From Rickettsiales bacterium (lineage in GTDB: Bacteria; Pseudomonadota; Alphaproteobacteria; Rickettsiales; JABSSG01), in the NCBI GenBank assembly GCA_013214525.1, contig JABSSG010000014.1, positions 169,503 to 233,502 of the forward strand: a stretch of DNA of 64,000 nucleotides, given 5' to 3'. Both the position numbers and the translations under genes were made by a program. A model generated the notes under the pieces. The model worked only from the letters and a program-made list of their open reading frames with translations. It was not told the DNA's origin and did no database searches. Each line of letters opens with the position of its first letter. Position 1 is the first letter of the stretch. This document shows positions 38,999 to 49,612 of this stretch, piece after piece.

Positions 38999-39124
38999 TT
39001 CACTGTTTTTATTTATTCGAGTGTTTAAGCTAGCATATATTTATGATTTTTTCAAGTATTCCTGTAATTGAAGATAGCTTTCATTCTGTTGATAAATCTG
39101 ATATATAAGCTAGTCTAATTTGGT

Positions 39125-39166
39125 AAAAAACATGGCCCTATAATTGATTAATCAACCATAGGGCCA
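39125..39166 (-). terminator. Rho-independent terminator-like hairpin
   Basis: Minus strand tggccctatggttgattaatcaattatagggcca followed by tgtttttt. Confidence 0.6.
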
Positions 39167-39338
39167 CTAGAGAGGGTTATGTTGTAAAGTAGTATTATTA
39201 CTAACATAAAAATTAATTCAAGTCAATATTATTTTGAAATATTTTAAAAAAATACATTAGTTTTGTTTTTTAGTAAATTTTTTACATAAAGTATGTAAGA
39301 AAAGATGAAGTTGTCTTTAGGATTAGTCTACATAAGGA

Positions 39339-39413
39339 TGGCTGGGGCGGAAGGATTCGAACCTTCGCATCACGGGATCAAAACCCGTTGCCTTACCGCT
39401 TGGCTACGCCCCA
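39339..39413 (-). tRNA. tRNA-Gln (TTG)
   Basis: TGGGGCGTAGCCAAGCGGTAAGGCAACGGGTTTTGATCCCGT...GGTTCGAATCC...CGCCCCAGCCA. Confidence 0.97.
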
Positions 39414-39516
39414 AATGTTTTTTAGAATATAGTTTCTTTATACTGAGTTCCTATTTTATTGTCAAACAGATAAAAAAGTGAAGAAGAGAGTTGTTTAAAA
39501 TTAATGAATATGTATA

Positions 39517-39682
39517 ATACACCCATCACACCTGAAGATCCCTGTTTTTAAGTTTGAAAATGAAACTACTATCTTCATTTAAAAATGCCTTAAATATTAA
39601 CAGTATTTGCGAATTTTTAAACTTGATATTACTTCCATTTTCTGTCTTTAAAATTAGAGTTTTTCAAGTGTAGTGGGTGTAT
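39517..39682 (+). mobile_element. MITE-like element, family 1, full length
   Basis: Core nearly colinear with 17727; arms atacacccatcacacctgaa and ttcaagtgtagtgggtgtat. Confidence 0.88.
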
Positions 39683-39708
39683 CTCTCAACTTATTAGAGG
39701 TTTATTTT

Positions 39709-40305
39709 ATGAAATCTAAATTTTTATTTTTTATTTGCTTTTTAGTGATTTGTACAACTCAACCAGTTTATAGTGAATCGGATGATGGATATCCAGAAAC
39801 TGCTAGAGAACGTAGAAGAAAAGGATTTGGATCAGTGTTAGGTAGAGATAAGGATAGCGGTGCTGTTACAATTTTTGGCAAGACAATAGGTGGAGAGAAG
39901 AAGAATGAGCAATCTGCTAATCAAAAAGGTAAAGAAAGCACTAAGCCTGTGAGATCTCGTGCTTCAAGACTTGGGTATAAAGGAAGAGGGGTTAGGAAAA
40001 TGTCTTCATATTTATGGCAAGCAGCGTTAGAATTTGTACAATCAATGCCTATTTTAGTGACAGATTCGTCAAGTGGTTTGATTTCAACAGATTGGCATGA
40101 GAAGTTAGACTCTCCTAATGAAAGATATAAATTTAATATATTAGTTAGATTAGATGCAATGAATGCCAAAGATCTTAATGTTACTGCATTCAAGCAAAAA
40201 CTTGAAGAGGGCAATTGGAAAGATATGAAGGTAGATCCAGAAGTGGCTAATAAAATGAGAAATAAAATCTTTTCTAAGGCTAAAGAATTAAGAGATCAGA
40301 AATAA
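39709..40305 (+). CDS. DUF3576 family exported protein
   Basis: YLWQAALE...MP....SSSGLISTDW...PNERYK; lies upstream of leuS as in other alphaproteobacteria. Confidence 0.85.
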   Translation: MKSKFLFFICFLVICTTQPVYSESDDGYPETARERRRKGFGSVLGRDKDSGAVTIFGKTIGGEKKNEQSANQKGKESTKPVRSRASRLGYKGRGVRKMSSYLWQAALEFVQSMPILVTDSSSGLISTDWHEKLDSPNERYKFNILVRLDAMNAKDLNVTAFKQKLEEGNWKDMKVDPEVANKMRNKIFSKAKELRDQK

Positions 40306-40318
40306 AAGGTTACTAGCC

Positions 40319-42887
40319 ATGCTAGATAAATATGATTTCTTAGAAATTGAAAAAAAATGGCAAGTTTTTTGGCATCAGAATAATTTCTTTAAGACGGATG
40401 ATCTCCTGTCAAATAAGCCTAAATATTATGTATTAGAAATGTTGCCTTACCCATCAGGCAATATGCATGTGGGTCATGTACGGAATTATACAATAGGGGA
40501 TGTGACTGCTAGGTATAAAACTCGTACAGGACATAATGTATTATATACTACTGGTTGGGATGCATTTGGATTGCCTGCTGAGAATGCAGCAATTGAAAGG
40601 AATATACATCCTAAAGAATGGATTGCTTCTAATACTAGTAGAATGAAAAAAGAAATGCAGAGGTTAGGTTTTTCTTATGATTGGCATAAAGAAACAAATA
40701 CATCTTCTCCTGAATATTATAAGCATGAACAAAAAATATTTTTAGATTTTTTAAAACTGGGTATAGCTTATAGGAAAGAATCTTTTGTAAATTGGGATCC
40801 AGTGGATCAAACTGTGCTTGCTAATGAACAAGTTGTTGATGGTAAGGGGTGGCGATCTGGTGCAACTATCATTAGAAAAAAACTCAATCAATGGTTTTTT
40901 CGGATCACAGATTATGCAGAAGAGTTGCTTAATGGTTTAGAAGACTTGAAAGAGTGGCCTGAAGAAGTTCGGTTAATGCAAAAGGAATGGATAGGTAAAT
41001 CGCATGGTTGCAATATAAAATTTAAAATTAAAGATAATAATGATTTTATAGAAGTATTTTCAACGATGCCTGAAACTTTATTCGGAGCATCATTTTGTGC
41101 AATTTCATTTAATCACCCTCTTGCTGAGTCCTTAAGTAAAAAAAATCCAAATATAAAGAATTTTACTGAGGAATGTAAAAAAGGTTCTACTACTGAAGAA
41201 GATTTGGAAACTGAGGAAAAAAAAAGGAATTGATACTGGTATAAAAGTTGAGCATCCTTTAATTAAAGATAAATATTTGCCAGTATTTATAGCAAATTTT
41301 GTGCTAATGGAATATGGTACAGGAGCTATTTTTGGATGTCCTGCACATGATTTGCGAGATAATGCTTTCGCTACAAAGTATCAATTATCAATTTCTTCAA
41401 TTATAGAAAATAGTGAAAATGCAGAAGGTAGTTATATAGAAATAAAATCACAAGACATTCTTGTAAATTCAGATTTTTTAAATGGTCTCACTGTAGAGAA
41501 AGCAAAAAGAAAAGTTATTGATTATTTAGAAGAAAATGGTCAAGGAAAAGGTACTGTTAATTATCGTCTTAGAGATTGGGGTGTTTCCAGACAACGATAT
41601 TGGGGATGTCCTATTCCTATTATTTATTGCAAAACTTGTGGAATAGTCCCTGTTCCAAAAGAAGATCTTCCAGTAGTGTTGCCAGATGATGTTGATTTTA
41701 GTCAAAAAGGCAATCCTTTAGATAATCATCCAAGATGGAAATATACAAAATGTCCTAAATGTAATGGTGATGCACAAAGAGAAACCGATACTCTTGATAC
41801 TTTTGTTGATTCTTCTTGGTATTTTGCTAGATATTGTAATCCTTATAGTGATGAGGTTGTAGATAAAAAAGAATGTGACTATTGGTTGCCTGTGGATCAG
41901 TATATAGGTGGCATTGAACATGCGATATTACATTTGCTTTATGCAAGATTTTTTACTAGAGCTATGAAAGAATGTGGTTATTTAAATATTAAAGAGCCAT
42001 TTCAAAGTCTTTTTACTCAAGGTATGATCAATCATGCTGCATATAAAAATAAAAATGGTAAGTGGGTAGCTATTGACGATATAGAGAAAAAGGGGGAGCA
42101 ATATTTTAGCAAAACAACAAAAGAAGAGGTATTTTCTGTAGGAGTAAAGAAGATGAGTAAATCATATAAAAATGTTATATCTCCTATGGATATGATTCAA
42201 AGTTATGGATGTGATGCAATTAGAATGCTTATTCTTTCAGATACTCCTGCGACAAAAGGTTTTGAATGGACTGATTCAGGTATAAAAGGGGTTTCAAGAT
42301 TTCTTAGTAAATTATATGAGTTTATTTCTGGGCATAGTATTGATCTAAAAGATTTTACAGAACAAAATATTGCTCATAAGGATCTTAATGATAAGCAAAA
42401 GTTGTTACGCAGTAAAACACATGAGACAATTTTTAATTGTACTAAATCTATTGAACAATTTCAATTTAACAAAGCTATAGCTTATATAAGAGAATTAACA
42501 AATGAATTATTTCATTATGGATCTATTAATAATAAAGAAGATAAATTTATAGTGAAAGAATCAATTGAAGCAGTGATTCAATTATTAAATCCTATCACTC
42601 CACATTTGACTGAAGAATTATGGTGTAATTTAGGAAATGACAATGCACTTGCACATGCAGTTTGGCCAAAATGTAATGCAAAGTTTTTTGAAACTGCAAC
42701 AGTAACAATTGCCATACAGGTAAATGGTAAATTGAAAACAACAATAGAAATTGATAAAGATAAGACTTCAGAAGAAGATATCAAAAAACTAGTGTTGGAA
42801 AATCAAAAAATACACAAAGAAATTGTAGGAAAGTCTATTCGTAGGTTTATTTATATTCCGGGCAAAATAGCCAATGTGGTAGTTTAG
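40319..42887 (+). CDS. leuS: Leucyl-tRNA synthetase, split by a +1 frameshift in an A9 run (41217-41225)
   Basis: MLPYPSG.MHVGH in the first ORF and KMSKS in the second. Removing one A restores EEKKGIDTG...HP...[17 protein letters not shown]. Confidence 0.95.
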
Positions 42888-43420
42888 TGAAAAGATTCTT
42901 TATTTTAATATTTGTTTTTTTAATTTCAGCATGTGTTACGCATACTGCACATGATAAAAAAATATACTCTAAATTAATTCAAATAAGTTTAGATGATATA
43001 AGTGGGAAAAATCCATATCTTATCCGTCAGAGTTTTCAGGATGAATTTTATATAAATGGAGATGATGTTTACAAAAATAAAAAATATTCCTTATCTATTA
43101 AAATTACAGATAGTGTTGGTGGGTGGTTAATACAAGAAAATAGCACAATTGTAAGAAAGAGTCTCAAAATGTCTGCTAGTTTTACTTTAAGGGAGTTATC
43201 AACTAATAAAGTGATAATTACTGATAGTGTCAAATCGCTAATTATTTTTTCTGAAAGTTCTTCCGCTTGGTCTTCTTATATTTCTTCAGAGAAGGCTTAT
43301 AAAAATGCCTTGCGTGATGTTATGAGATCAATAAAAATGAAAATTTCTTTATCATTAACACAAAAGAAACGTTCTAGTAAAAATGAAAATAACTCTAAAC
43401 AACGTCAAAAAATTTCTTGA
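42887..43420 (+). CDS. lptE: LPS assembly lipoprotein LptE-like
   Basis: Lipobox LISAC; located between leuS and holA. Confidence 0.75.
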   Translation: MKRFFILIFVFLISACVTHTAHDKKIYSKLIQISLDDISGKNPYLIRQSFQDEFYINGDDVYKNKKYSLSIKITDSVGGWLIQENSTIVRKSLKMSASFTLRELSTNKVIITDSVKSLIIFSESSSAWSSYISSEKAYKNALRDVMRSIKMKISLSLTQKKRSSKNENNSKQRQKIS

Positions 43421-44435
43421 TGAAGAAAATTTCATAAAATTTAAAGCAATATTATTTTATGGAGATAATTCTGGTCTTATCCAGAGATACGTATCTTCTA
43501 TATCTGATAAATTTTTAGCAAATTCTTTTGCAGAAGAACAAAAATCTTTAAATAAAATTATATTTAATTATTCGCCTATAATAAAAGAGCCAGATTTGCT
43601 ACTTAACGAGATGAAATCTATAAATTTTTTTGGTGATAGAAAAATCATAATAATAAATGAAGTAATTGGAAATATTTCTAAGCAATTAGAACAAATATTA
43701 TTAGAAAGACAGAGCACTGATGTGTTAGTAATTCTTTATGGGAATAAAATTTCTACGAAGGATCAGATATATAAAGTTTTTCTATCTGCACAAGATTTAG
43801 CAGCGATAGGGTGTTATTCGGAGCAGTCATCTGATATAAAGAAAACTATTTTTGCAAAATGTAAGGATGCTGGAATGCAGGTTGAAAGTCAGGAAGTGGT
43901 AGAACATATTGCAAATAATATAGGAGGAGATTCAGCTTATATATCTGCTGAAATAGATAAGATTATTAGTTTCTGTGATACGAAAAATCTAATAACGCTT
44001 AAAGATGTAAAAAATATAGTTGGGGGCTTCTCCAGTAATGTGGGTTGTGATAAATATATTTCATTTTTGATAGAAGAAAAATTTCAGCTAGCGGAAAGCG
44101 AGTTAAAAAAGCTGATATTAGCAGATGTCAAACCTCATTTTATAGTAAGATATTTATCACGATATTTTATGAGGCTTTATGTTGCACATGGGTTGATGAG
44201 TGAAGGAGTTCATGAGGTAGATGTACCAAGAAAACTTACACCGCCAGTGTTTTTTAAGGATGTGCCAATATTTAAGCTTGCTCTTAAAAAATATTCAATT
44301 TCAAAAATTACAAAAATTTTAGAATGTCTTTTAAAATTAGAAATAAAAATAAAATCTAATGACACTAAATTTGCAGAGATGGTTTTAGAGCAGGGACTAT
44401 TTAATTTGTTTTATATAAAAAATAAAGTTAGTTAA
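43383..44435 (+). CDS. holA: DNA polymerase III subunit delta
   Basis: ILFYGDN.G, FFGDRKII, EIDKI, PPVFFK; leuS-lptE-holA synteny. Confidence 0.9.
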   Translation: MKITLNNVKKFLDEENFIKFKAILFYGDNSGLIQRYVSSISDKFLANSFAEEQKSLNKIIFNYSPIIKEPDLLLNEMKSINFFGDRKIIIINEVIGNISKQLEQILLERQSTDVLVILYGNKISTKDQIYKVFLSAQDLAAIGCYSEQSSDIKKTIFAKCKDAGMQVESQEVVEHIANNIGGDSAYISAEIDKIISFCDTKNLITLKDVKNIVGGFSSNVGCDKYISFLIEEKFQLAESELKKLILADVKPHFIVRYLSRYFMRLYVAHGLMSEGVHEVDVPRKLTPPVFFKDVPIFKLALKKYSISKITKILECLLKLEIKIKSNDTKFAEMVLEQGLFNLFYIKNKVS

Positions 44436-45448
44436 ATAACTCTACATTTATTTTCAACATTATTTTTTAATGTTGTTATAAATTCATTTAATGGACAATC
44501 ATCAGAAGATTTACATATTTTTACAATACGATTATCTAGAGAGGTTCTAACAAAAAGCTTTTGGTTTTTTATATTTTTAAGTACTTCAAATCTTAAGTTA
44601 GATAGATATGGTAACTTATTTTTTAAATCATATCCTAACAAAGAAGTAATAGTAATTATATTAGTGTCATGTCCTACATATAGAAAATATTTTTGTTTAT
44701 ATTGAGTATCTAGAATATTTGTTACATGAGTAATAAAGTCTTTTCCATAAAGGCAGGCTATTTTAGGATGAGAAAGAAATTTTAATTTACTTTGGCTTGC
44801 TAATAGGGTGATTTCTTGTTTCTTTTTTTTAGGTAGTTGTTTTAATAGTGGTTTATTGTATATGTCACTGACTCTAATTAAATCTGCAATATATTTGAAC
44901 TCTACGGCAGTAAGAAATTTAGCGCTAAAGATATTATTTATATATTTAAGCTGTTGTTTTATGTTTGGGATCAACCATGCATTCATCAGTGCTTTGTCTT
45001 TCTGTAATTCTGTAATAACAGAAATTTGTTTAGGTTTTTGTTTTGGGTCTACAATATTATATGTTTTTATATGGATTTTATCTGAGTTACTAGGAAACAT
45101 TCCTTTTACTAATGCTCTTGCCGTGTCTTGTGCACGTTGGAAACTTGTAGAGCTAACTTGTATAAGGTTTAATTGAAAGTTTTGTGGTAAAAGTTGTATT
45201 TTTTTTATGTAATATTCCCTAAAGTTTTTACCCAATAATTCTGCTTGTTTTTTACCACGTATGGTTAATTGTCCTGTTTCTTTTTTGTTCCAAGCATTTG
45301 AAATTTTTGGCATATATTTTTTAGGACCTCTATCTCCATGTCGTACGAGATCTAGTGCAAATACTAATTTGAGATTTGTATCTGCAATTGCAAGGTAGGA
45401 GTTTAAGAAAATAAGACAAAAAGTAATAAAATATAGTAGTTTTCTCAT
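44432..45448 (-). CDS. Secreted histidine acid phosphatase (array copy 4)
   Basis: Signal peptide, RHGDR, R..DTA, GHD and C-terminal Cys residues. Confidence 0.9.
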   Translation of the reverse strand: MRKLLYFITFCLIFLNSYLAIADTNLKLVFALDLVRHGDRGPKKYMPKISNAWNKKETGQLTIRGKKQAELLGKNFREYYIKKIQLLPQNFQLNLIQVSSTSFQRAQDTARALVKGMFPSNSDKIHIKTYNIVDPKQKPKQISVITELQKDKALMNAWLIPNIKQQLKYINNIFSAKFLTAVEFKYIADLIRVSDIYNKPLLKQLPKKKKQEITLLASQSKLKFLSHPKIACLYGKDFITHVTNILDTQYKQKYFLYVGHDTNIITITSLLGYDLKNKLPYLSNLRFEVLKNIKNQKLFVRTSLDNRIVKICKSSDDCPLNEFITTLKNNVENKCRVI

Positions 45449-45460
45449 ATCATTAATTAT

Positions 45461-46516
45461 TTAGCATTTATTTTTTATATTATTTTTTAATGTTGTTACA
45501 AATTCTTTTAATGGACATTCATTATAGGATTTACAAACTTTCATAATTTTGCCATCTAAAGAAGTTTTAACAAAGAGTTGTTTATTAGTTGTATTTTGTA
45601 ATAGTTCAAATCTTAAATTGGCAAGATAGGGTGGCATCTGCTTTAAATTCATACCTAATAAAGGAGCAATAGCCAGTATATTTCCGTCATGTGCGGTATA
45701 TAAAAAATATTTTTGTTTGTGCTGCTCCCTAGATTCTAATAAGTTTGATATATATAGGACAAAGTCTTTTCCATATAAGCATGAGAATTTTGGATATGTG
45801 AAACTATTTAATATAAGCTTGTGGCTTAAATTGATAATTTTTTCTCTTCTATCATCAGGGAAGGGTTTTAAAAAAGATTTATTCTGAAGTTTGCTAACAT
45901 GCATTAAGTCGCTTATGTGGCTAAATTTACGGATAGCAGAAAATTTAGTTCCGAATATATGATTTATATTTTCTAATTCCTTTTCTATAGCTGTCATCAG
46001 GGATGGGTCTGACTTTTTAATATGGTTTTTAAAATCTGTGGCTTCAGTAATAGGAACACTTTTTTTTGCATATTTGTTAGTATTTAAGATATCTTTTTTG
46101 TATGGTAGAACAGTGATTTTTATTTTATATGATTCCTCAGGATATATTCCTTTTAAAATGGATTTAGCAGTTTCTTTTGTGCGTTGAAAGTTAGTAGAAC
46201 GAACATATATAAGGGATTGCTCAAATTTTTTTGGTAACAAATGCGTTTTGTTTATGTAATATTCTCTAAATTTTTTGCCTAATAATTCTGCTTTTTGTTT
46301 CCCAAGTGGAGTAATTTTTTTTATTTCATCTTTAGTCCATGCATTAGAGATTTGAGGAAGATATTTACTTGGATTTCTATCTCCATGGCGTACTAAATCT
46401 AATGCAAAAATTAGTTTTAAATTTTCATCTGCAGATAAAGGATAGAAATCCAAGCTAAGAAAGCAAATTAGAAAAACAATAGATGTAATTTTTTTTATGT
46501 GCCAGAGATATTGCAT
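45461..46516 (-). CDS. Secreted histidine acid phosphatase (array copy 3)
   Basis: Signal peptide, RHGDR, YVRST..QRT, AHD. Confidence 0.9.
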   Translation of the reverse strand: MQYLWHIKKITSIVFLICFLSLDFYPLSADENLKLIFALDLVRHGDRNPSKYLPQISNAWTKDEIKKITPLGKQKAELLGKKFREYYINKTHLLPKKFEQSLIYVRSTNFQRTKETAKSILKGIYPEESYKIKITVLPYKKDILNTNKYAKKSVPITEATDFKNHIKKSDPSLMTAIEKELENINHIFGTKFSAIRKFSHISDLMHVSKLQNKSFLKPFPDDRREKIINLSHKLILNSFTYPKFSCLYGKDFVLYISNLLESREQHKQKYFLYTAHDGNILAIAPLLGMNLKQMPPYLANLRFELLQNTTNKQLFVKTSLDGKIMKVCKSYNECPLKEFVTTLKNNIKNKC

Positions 46517-47520
46517 TTATTTTTAATGTTATTTTGTAATGTTGTAATAAATTCTTTTAAAGGACAAATATTGATAGATTTACAAACTTTTATAATCCGA
46601 CCGTCTAGTGAAGTTTTTATGAAAAGATTCTTGTTATGTTCATTTTGAAATACTTCAAATTTTAAATTAGAAAGATATGGTGGTTTATTTTTTAAATCAT
46701 AACCTAATAAAGAGGTCAGAGTAATTATATTATTGTCGTGTCCTGCGAATAAAAAATATTTTTGTGTGCTTTGTGATTGAAGTATATCCATAACATGTAT
46801 GATAAAATTTTTTCCATAGAGACAAGCTATTTTAGGGTATGTGAGAAGTTTTAGTTTACTCTTATTATTTAATGATATTATTTCCTGTTCTTGTTTAGCA
46901 GGCAATTTTTTTAAAAGAGGCTTATTGTGTATCTTACTTACTTTAATTAGGTCTGCAACAGGTACATATTCGTGAATAGTAGAAAAATTAGTGCCAAATA
47001 TACGATTTATATATTTTAGTTTTTGCATGATTTCAGGAATAAACCATGTCTTTGAAAGGGTTTTATCTTTACGTAATTTTTTAATGATTGAAATGTTTTT
47101 TTCTTTATCTTTAGGATTCAAGATATGATATGTAGCTATGCTAATTTTATCTGCATGGTTAGGGAACATTCCTTTCAATAATGCTTTGGCTGTTTCTTTT
47201 GTTCTTTGAGAATTTGTAGAATTCGCTTGTATCAGTTCTAATGAAAATTTTTGTGGTAGAAGATTTGTTTTATCAATGTAGTATTCTCTAAAATTTTTTC
47301 CTAGTAACTCTGCTTGTTGTTTCCCAAGCGGAGTGATTTTTTTTATTTCATCTTTACTCCATGCATTTGAAATTTGTGGAATATATTTTTTTGGGTTTCT
47401 ATCTCCATGACGTACTAAATCTAATGCTAGTACTAGTTTTAAATTTTCATCTGCAAATGCAGGATAGAGAGTGATGGTAAGAAAGAAAGTGAAGAAAATA
47501 GATGATATAAATTTTTTCAT
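46495..47520 (-). CDS. Secreted histidine acid phosphatase (array copy 2)
   Basis: Signal peptide, RHGDR, GHD. Confidence 0.9.
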   Translation of the reverse strand: MKKFISSIFFTFFLTITLYPAFADENLKLVLALDLVRHGDRNPKKYIPQISNAWSKDEIKKITPLGKQQAELLGKNFREYYIDKTNLLPQKFSLELIQANSTNSQRTKETAKALLKGMFPNHADKISIATYHILNPKDKEKNISIIKKLRKDKTLSKTWFIPEIMQKLKYINRIFGTNFSTIHEYVPVADLIKVSKIHNKPLLKKLPAKQEQEIISLNNKSKLKLLTYPKIACLYGKNFIIHVMDILQSQSTQKYFLFAGHDNNIITLTSLLGYDLKNKPPYLSNLKFEVFQNEHNKNLFIKTSLDGRIIKVCKSINICPLKEFITTLQNNIKNKCNISGT

Positions 47521-47522
47521 TT

Positions 47523-48563
47523 TTAGACACCAGATTTATTGCATTTATTTTGAACATTATTTTTTAATGTTGTTACAAATTCTTCTAAAGGACAAACATA
47601 AGAAGATTTACAAACTTTTATATCTTTATTGTCTAAAGAAGTTTTCACAAAAAGATTTCCATTTTTTGTATTTTGAAATACTTCAAATCTTAAATTGGAA
47701 AGATAAGATGGAGTTTTTTTTAGTTTATAATTAAGTAGAGGCATTGCTGTTAAGATATTTGTGTCGTGTGCTGCATATAAAAAATATTTTTTATTATATT
47801 GTTTTGTCTTTAATAAATTTGCTACATGTAAAATAAAATCTTTTCCGTATAAGCATATTAATTTAGGATAGGTAAAATTATTTAGTATTAATTTTCTTTT
47901 AAGGTCTAAAATTTCCTTTATTGAGCTTTTAGGTAAAGATTTTAATAGAGGTCTATTATGAATTTCACTTACTCTAATTACACCGCTAACTCTGCTAAAA
48001 TCCTTAATTGTAGAAAAATTGGTATTAAATACATTGTTTATATATCTTAGTTGGTTTTGTATGCCAGTTATGATATATGATGGGGTAGCATTTTTTATTA
48101 TCTCTTTTTTGATTAAATTTCTCTGTTTTTTCTGTTTTTTATATCTAGAAGAGTTTAAAAAATCTTCTTTGGTGGGTATTACTCGAGCTATATCATATGT
48201 TGTTGGGTACATTCCTTTTAATATTGCCTTTGCGGTCTCTTCTGTGCGTTGACAGTTGGTTGAATTAATTTGCATAAGTTCTGATGAGAAATTTTTAGGC
48301 AAAAGATGTGTTTTATGTATGTAATATTCCTTAAAATCTTTGCCTAATAATTCTGCTTGTTTTTTTCCAAGTGGAGTAATTTTTAATATCTCATCTTTAG
48401 TCCAAGCTTTTGAGATTTCAGGCATATATTTTGTAGGTCCTCTATCGCCATGCCGTACTAGATCTAATGCAAAAACTAGTTTATGGTTTTCATTTGCAAA
48501 TGCAAAATAGGAATTTAAAGTAATAAAGCAGAATAAAAAAATAAACGATAATATTTTTTTCAT
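47523..48563 (-). CDS. Secreted histidine acid phosphatase (array copy 1)
   Basis: Signal peptide, RHGDR, AHD. Confidence 0.9.
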   Translation of the reverse strand: MKKILSFIFLFCFITLNSYFAFANENHKLVFALDLVRHGDRGPTKYMPEISKAWTKDEILKITPLGKKQAELLGKDFKEYYIHKTHLLPKNFSSELMQINSTNCQRTEETAKAILKGMYPTTYDIARVIPTKEDFLNSSRYKKQKKQRNLIKKEIIKNATPSYIITGIQNQLRYINNVFNTNFSTIKDFSRVSGVIRVSEIHNRPLLKSLPKSSIKEILDLKRKLILNNFTYPKLICLYGKDFILHVANLLKTKQYNKKYFLYAAHDTNILTAMPLLNYKLKKTPSYLSNLRFEVFQNTKNGNLFVKTSLDNKDIKVCKSSYVCPLEEFVTTLKNNVQNKCNKSGV

Positions 48564-48624
48564 AGGTAAGACATATTATAGGGGTTTTTATAACATAATT
48601 TTCAAAACCAGTCATTATAAAGAT

Positions 48625-48717
48625 ATATTAATCATACTTGAAGAATCCTAGTTTTAAAGACAGATAGTAGTTTCATTTTCAAAGTTAAAAACTGAAGGTT
48701 TCAGGTATGGTTAGTAT
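48625..48717 (-). mobile_element. MITE-like element, family 1, inverted and internally deleted
   Basis: gatagtagtttcattttcaaa is the reverse complement of the family core; arms atattaatcatacttgaa and ttcaggtatggttagtat. Confidence 0.85.
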
Positions 48718-48814
48718 GAAGTTATGTTTTTGTGTTGTTTCCGTTTCTTATGTAAATTTTCATTTACAATATTGTTAGATAAATATATGATTGAGCTTTT
48801 AATTAAACTAAAAA

Positions 48815-49585
48815 ATGATGCTGTCTAAAGTTTTAAGAATTTTTTGTATATCTTTTGGATTAATATTTGCTTTTATAGGAAACCAATCTTTTTCTGATGA
48901 TAAAGAAAAAGTTTTAGTTATGGGTACATCTGCTGATTATCCTCCATTTGAGTTTATTAAAAATGGTGAAGTGGTAGGATTTGATATAGAGTTAGCTCAT
49001 ATGATAGCTGAAAAACTTGGTTATAAATTGCAAGTGCAAGATATGAAATTTGCTAGCATAATTTCATCAATACAAACAGACAGAATTGATTTTGGTATTT
49101 CAGGTATAACTAGCACTCCTGAGAGAGAAAAGAACGTAGATTTTTCTATTAGGTATTATGTTCCTAAATTAGCGATGGTATATAGAAAAGAGAATCCTAT
49201 ATTATCTATTGAGGATTTGAATCAAAAAGTAATAGCAACACAAGCTGGTACTACTATGGAGTCTTTTTTACAAGAAAAATTGAAAATAGGTAAAGTTTTT
49301 GAATTACGGTCTCTTAGTAAAGTTCCCGTTATGATTGAAGAATTGAAAATGAAAAGAGTAGAAGGATTATTAATTGAAGAGTCTCAGGCTAAAGTTTTTG
49401 TGAAAAAATATCCCGATTTAATTAATTACTCTCTATTTAAATCTACTGTATATGGTTATGCTGTTGTGTTTAAAAAGGGCTCTCCATTAAAAAGTAAATT
49501 TAATAAAGCAATAAAAGATCTAAAAAAACTTGGTAAATTAGAAAAGTTGAAACAAAAATGGCTTGTAACTCCAATAGCTAATTAA
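48815..49585 (+). CDS. Polar amino acid ABC transporter substrate-binding protein (standalone)
   Basis: GTSADYPPFEF, GFDIELA, TPEREKNVDFS; signal peptide. Confidence 0.93.
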   Translation: MMLSKVLRIFCISFGLIFAFIGNQSFSDDKEKVLVMGTSADYPPFEFIKNGEVVGFDIELAHMIAEKLGYKLQVQDMKFASIISSIQTDRIDFGISGITSTPEREKNVDFSIRYYVPKLAMVYRKENPILSIEDLNQKVIATQAGTTMESFLQEKLKIGKVFELRSLSKVPVMIEELKMKRVEGLLIEESQAKVFVKKYPDLINYSLFKSTVYGYAVVFKKGSPLKSKFNKAIKDLKKLGKLEKLKQKWLVTPIAN

Positions 49586-49612
49586 AGAAATCTAATATAC
49601 TCTGTAATGAGT

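Noticed and set aside
39000-39060. CIRCE operator upstream of grpE
   Set aside because: Only a partial half-site (TTAAACACTC) with no matching second arm. A CTTGAA sigma32-like -35 is present, but no convincing -10.
40319-42887. Naturally split (alpha/beta) LeuRS
   Set aside because: The break falls inside the editing domain at a homopolymer, and the intervening codons are conserved LeuRS sequence, so it is a single-base frameshift.
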